This document shows positions 60,657 through 64,000 of a stretch of DNA of 64,000 nt, one piece after another. Position 1 is the first letter of the stretch. Each line of letters opens with the position of its first letter. This stretch comes from a virus (Duplodnaviria; Caudoviricetes): positions 1,925-65,924 of the IMG/VR virus record IMGVR_UViG_3300035670_000185. One strand, 5' to 3'. The translations under genes were made by a program, and so were the position numbers. The notes beneath the pieces were generated by a model. It did not search any database. It was given only the letters and a program-made list of their open reading frames with translations, and was not told where the DNA came from.

Positions 60657-63643
60657 TGGCTACAACTCAAAGTACAACCAAATTTTTTTACCCTCCACGG
60701 CCAGGTAGTGGGGCTGCGACTTTCTCTGACAATATTGTAGGATTACAAACAGTCGAAGGGGGAGGACTTACGCAGGGTAACTTTGAGTTTACAACTTCAG
60801 TTACTGAAAGGGTTACAAGAACATTTAATGTCGGAGCGTTTTCTGAACCAATAAGTTTAGAAGGGTTGGATATTAATAACTTAGCTGAGAGTAGGGCGAT
60901 TTTGGCAACACAGTTCAGAGTTTATCCAAACTATGATGTGTCTCAGGTGCTAAATTTCTCAATGTATGGGTCTTTGAGTAAAAGATTTCAAGTTTCAGTT
61001 ACAGAAATCATTCACAGATTTCCGGCTTCTTTGGATGTTGTGTTTAACAATGAGGATTTTATCACAGGGGCGACTGCGACCAATATTTCTTATAACTCTA
61101 CAATGAATGAAACTTCTTTCAGGGTTGATGTAAGTCGAATTAATAATCCGTTTGATATAGATTATTCTTTGAGTGCATCGACAAATTTATCTGTAAGAGA
61201 AATTAATGTTTCACAATATAGAAATTTATATAACACTTACTTGGATTATTGTGTGTCTATCAATGACAACATATATAATGTAGTTTCATTTACTCCTTCA
61301 CAGACATTATCGACTGGTTATATAGAATTTATTGTTTCAGGGTCACCATTTGGAACGACTGCAACGACATCGAATGAAGACTTCCAAATAAGACCAAATG
61401 ACTTTGTTGTTGACAGAGTATTCGCGGAAGACTTCGATGAAGTACAAAAATTTTTGTTGAATCGATTAATTCGACCTGAATACACTGCGGTGTTTCAAGT
61501 TCCACAACAGAATGAAGCTGGCCAATTTTTCACGGATTATCAACAAGTAACATGGCCAAAAGAAGGACCGTGGAACTTGGATATTAAATCATTTTTGTTC
61601 GAGAGTTATTTAACACAATTAGAAGAAATTGCGGTTAATTTGGATTCGTTCAAAACGAATTTGATATCAAGATTTTTAGTTACGGATTCCTTAAAAGAAT
61701 TCGACACATTAGGACAAAAAGTTGAAAAAATATTTCAGATTTATGGTAGAAGTTTTGACCAAATCAAACAATTCATAGATGCCTTGGCATACATGAACTC
61801 GGTAAGTTATAATCCTTCTAACGATATCCCTTCACAATTATTGGTAAATTTGGCACAAACATTAGGATGGAGTTCGAATTTTTCACCAATTACAAATGAG
61901 GATTTTTTGAGTTCAGTTTTCGGAAATACTTCAACACCAACTTATCCTGGATATGCTCGGGCGTTAACTCCAACAGAATTAAACTATGCGTTCTATCGTA
62001 ATTTGATTTTGAATGCATCTTATTTATTCAAATCCAAAGGAACTAGAAGGTCAGTTGAATTTATGTTGAGATTGATAGGAGCACCAGACTCTTTAATAGA
62101 GTTCAACGAACATATCTATTTGGCTGACCAAAAAATAAATATGGACCAATTCGGAGTTCAATGGGCGGCTATTTCAGGAGGAACATATGTTCAAAATACA
62201 CCAAGTTTTGTTCCTGGATCGACATTCAAAATAAAAGGTCAAACATTTAGTGCATTCACTTCGACGGCATCTTATCAAGATGTTACAACTAGATTAGATG
62301 ATTATCCTGTTGATTTAGAAGGATATCCTAAAGCACCTGTAAATACTGAAAGTTATTTCTTCCAAGTGGGAGCTGGATGGTATGAGTCCACTCCATCACA
62401 TAGAAGCCCTGATGAAGTAACCGTAACTGGACAAGTATTCACGGGACAAAATTTCAATATACAAACACAATTAGCACCATTCACATATGGACAGCCTTAT
62501 TTAGATAGGTTTAGAGATTTTCCATTCATGACTGAAGGTTTCAAACTTCGAAAGATTGTTGATAATAATAAATCTTGGTTGGAAGAAGATGATAAAATCA
62601 GAATTTCAACAAGTGCGGATTATAATGCATATTATTTTGTTGATAATGAGAAGTTAGTTCTTAACGTTAAAAATGTTGACCTTTTCTTAAATCCTGCACA
62701 AGGTTTAGTATATGATGTTTGGGACCAATCGAGACGATATGACTATCCAATACCTGAATCGGGTTTAACAGTTGGCTATCCTGTACCAGGAGGGGTCGAT
62801 TCAACTTTTGTGAATCCACAACCGAAAAAGAAAACCTTCTTTGAATTTTCTCAAACTTTTTGGGAGAATATGATTAACGTTAGAAATCGACAATATATTA
62901 CAGATGGTAAGACAGGTGGATATCCAACATTACAATCTATCTTTTGGAAATACATCGAATCTGAAGACACTGTTGGTTTACCTAACAACAAATATACATA
63001 TCAAAAACTCATAGATTATGTTGTTGGTATTGGTCCGTATTGGATGAAGTTGGTTGAACAAATGGTTCCAGCAACAACAATTTGGAATACGGGTGTTAGA
63101 ATGGAAAACTCAATTTTTCAAAGACAGAAATTTGTGTATAGAAGACAAAGAGGTTGTCAGTTCATTCCTGTACCAGTCGACCCATGTTTCATTATATCTA
63201 ATATTTTTGATTACACCTGTACGACAGAATATGTGGACTTCAATATATATCCGTGGTTAAATGGGGATGTTGATGTAAGTAACTTTAGTAGTATTTTGTC
63301 AAACCGACTCAATAATATGTTGGCACAGAGTGGGTTAACATTGAATGACTGTATTCAAAATTCCGTGGAAAGTAGTTGGTACGTAGATTTAAGAATCGGA
63401 GGAGATTTAATAATTAAGGAATTATTCTATGTTGGATATGGGTTAACGGATGTCCCAACAAATACTATGTGGAGAAATGCATTGATTCAATATCTACCTC
63501 AGCTTTATGATTATGGATTTACATTCTTCCTTAATGGAAATGAACTAACAATTACTAGTCTTACTTGTACAGAAAGAAATATTGACGAAACACTTTCTTT
63601 GAACTCGGGAATAAATATAAGTATAAACTGTACGAATAACTAA
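60656..63643 (+). CDS. Baseplate wedge protein (gp7/P2 gpI-like)
   Basis: LLVNLAQTLGW and YLFKSKGTRRSVEFMLRLIG. Confidence 0.6.
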   Translation: MATTQSTTKFFYPPRPGSGAATFSDNIVGLQTVEGGGLTQGNFEFTTSVTERVTRTFNVGAFSEPISLEGLDINNLAESRAILATQFRVYPNYDVSQVLNFSMYGSLSKRFQVSVTEIIHRFPASLDVVFNNEDFITGATATNISYNSTMNETSFRVDVSRINNPFDIDYSLSASTNLSVREINVSQYRNLYNTYLDYCVSINDNIYNVVSFTPSQTLSTGYIEFIVSGSPFGTTATTSNEDFQIRPNDFVVDRVFAEDFDEVQKFLLNRLIRPEYTAVFQVPQQNEAGQFFTDYQQVTWPKEGPWNLDIKSFLFESYLTQLEEIAVNLDSFKTNLISRFLVTDSLKEFDTLGQKVEKIFQIYGRSFDQIKQFIDALAYMNSVSYNPSNDIPSQLLVNLAQTLGWSSNFSPITNEDFLSSVFGNTSTPTYPGYARALTPTELNYAFYRNLILNASYLFKSKGTRRSVEFMLRLIGAPDSLIEFNEHIYLADQKINMDQFGVQWAAISGGTYVQNTPSFVPGSTFKIKGQTFSAFTSTASYQDVTTRLDDYPVDLEGYPKAPVNTESYFFQVGAGWYESTPSHRSPDEVTVTGQVFTGQNFNIQTQLAPFTYGQPYLDRFRDFPFMTEGFKLRKIVDNNKSWLEEDDKIRISTSADYNAYYFVDNEKLVLNVKNVDLFLNPAQGLVYDVWDQSRRYDYPIPESGLTVGYPVPGGVDSTFVNPQPKKKTFFEFSQTFWENMINVRNRQYITDGKTGGYPTLQSIFWKYIESEDTVGLPNNKYTYQKLIDYVVGIGPYWMKLVEQMVPATTIWNTGVRMENSIFQRQKFVYRRQRGCQFIPVPVDPCFIISNIFDYTCTTEYVDFNIYPWLNGDVDVSNFSSILSNRLNNMLAQSGLTLNDCIQNSVESSWYVDLRIGGDLIIKELFYVGYGLTDVPTNTMWRNALIQYLPQLYDYGFTFFLNGNELTITSLTCTERNIDETLSLNSGINISINCTNN

Positions 63644-64000
63644 TGGCGGTATTAAATTATAATATAACGGTAACGGGAGATTGTTCCAACAATAATTCAG
63701 GAGCATTCAATCTTTTCGTCAGTGCTGGAACACCTCCATACACCGTACAATTCCTAAACCCATCTTACGCATCACAAACAATTACGACACAACCAGCATC
63801 ATTAGCGGGATTAGCAAGTAATGTATATCAACTAAGGGTCAACGATAGTAGTTTACCGACCAACAATGAATTTTTATTAAACATACCCATCTCAAGTGGA
63901 GTTTGTGGTTCTATAGTTGCGGTTCAGAATACAACTTGTGGTAGTAATAATGGTTCGGTGACAGGGTCTTCAACATCATTATATTCTTCTACAAATTTTT
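63643..64000 (+). CDS. 3'-truncated putative fibre/adhesin with SprB-like repeats (not in ORF track)
   Basis: MAVLNYNITVTGDCSNNNSGAFNLFVSAGTPPY...GLASNVYQLRVNDS...NTTCGSNNGSV; open to the window end. Confidence 0.6.
   Translation, partial: MAVLNYNITVTGDCSNNNSGAFNLFVSAGTPPYTVQFLNPSYASQTITTQPASLAGLASNVYQLRVNDSSLPTNNEFLLNIPISSGVCGSIVAVQNTTCGSNNGSVTGSSTSLYSSTNF

Noticed and set aside
1-64000. Stop-codon reassignment as in some large phages
   Set aside because: The standard code gives long intact ORFs tiling the window, and conserved enzymes are uninterrupted.

Overview
This is an AT-rich, gene-dense 64 kb segment of a large T4-like (contractile-tailed) phage genome, very probably infecting Bacteroidota. 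The host call rests on a perfect TTTG-N19-TAnnTTTG promoter, A-rich starts without Shine-Dalgarno sites, a eukaryote-like class Ia RNR and SprB-like repeats. It holds tail, neck and baseplate genes (sheath, tube, gp13/14/15/25/26/6/53-like, tape-measure candidate, giant hub proteins) interleaved with replication genes (family B DNA polymerase, SNF2 helicase, gp32-like SSB, RecA, 5'-3' exonuclease, DnaB-like helicase, nrdB/nrdA) and an HNH endonuclease. The most striking part is 1-7.8 kb: several Thr/Pro mucin-like proteins sit directly upstream of an overlapping four-gene glycosylation cluster led by a GT60-like polypeptide GlcNAc-transferase, suggesting a phage-encoded mucin-type O-glycosylation system. 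Other notable signals are an Mn-type SOD fused to a nuclease-like domain, I/L-x-E leaders suggesting head-packaged cargo, a strand-specific TATTTAT motif before about 15 genes, a possible +1 frameshift before the tape measure gene and an OmpA-like domain inside a baseplate protein. No tRNA, rRNA, CRISPR array or reverse transcriptase was seen. All calls come from motif recognition by eye, not from database searches.
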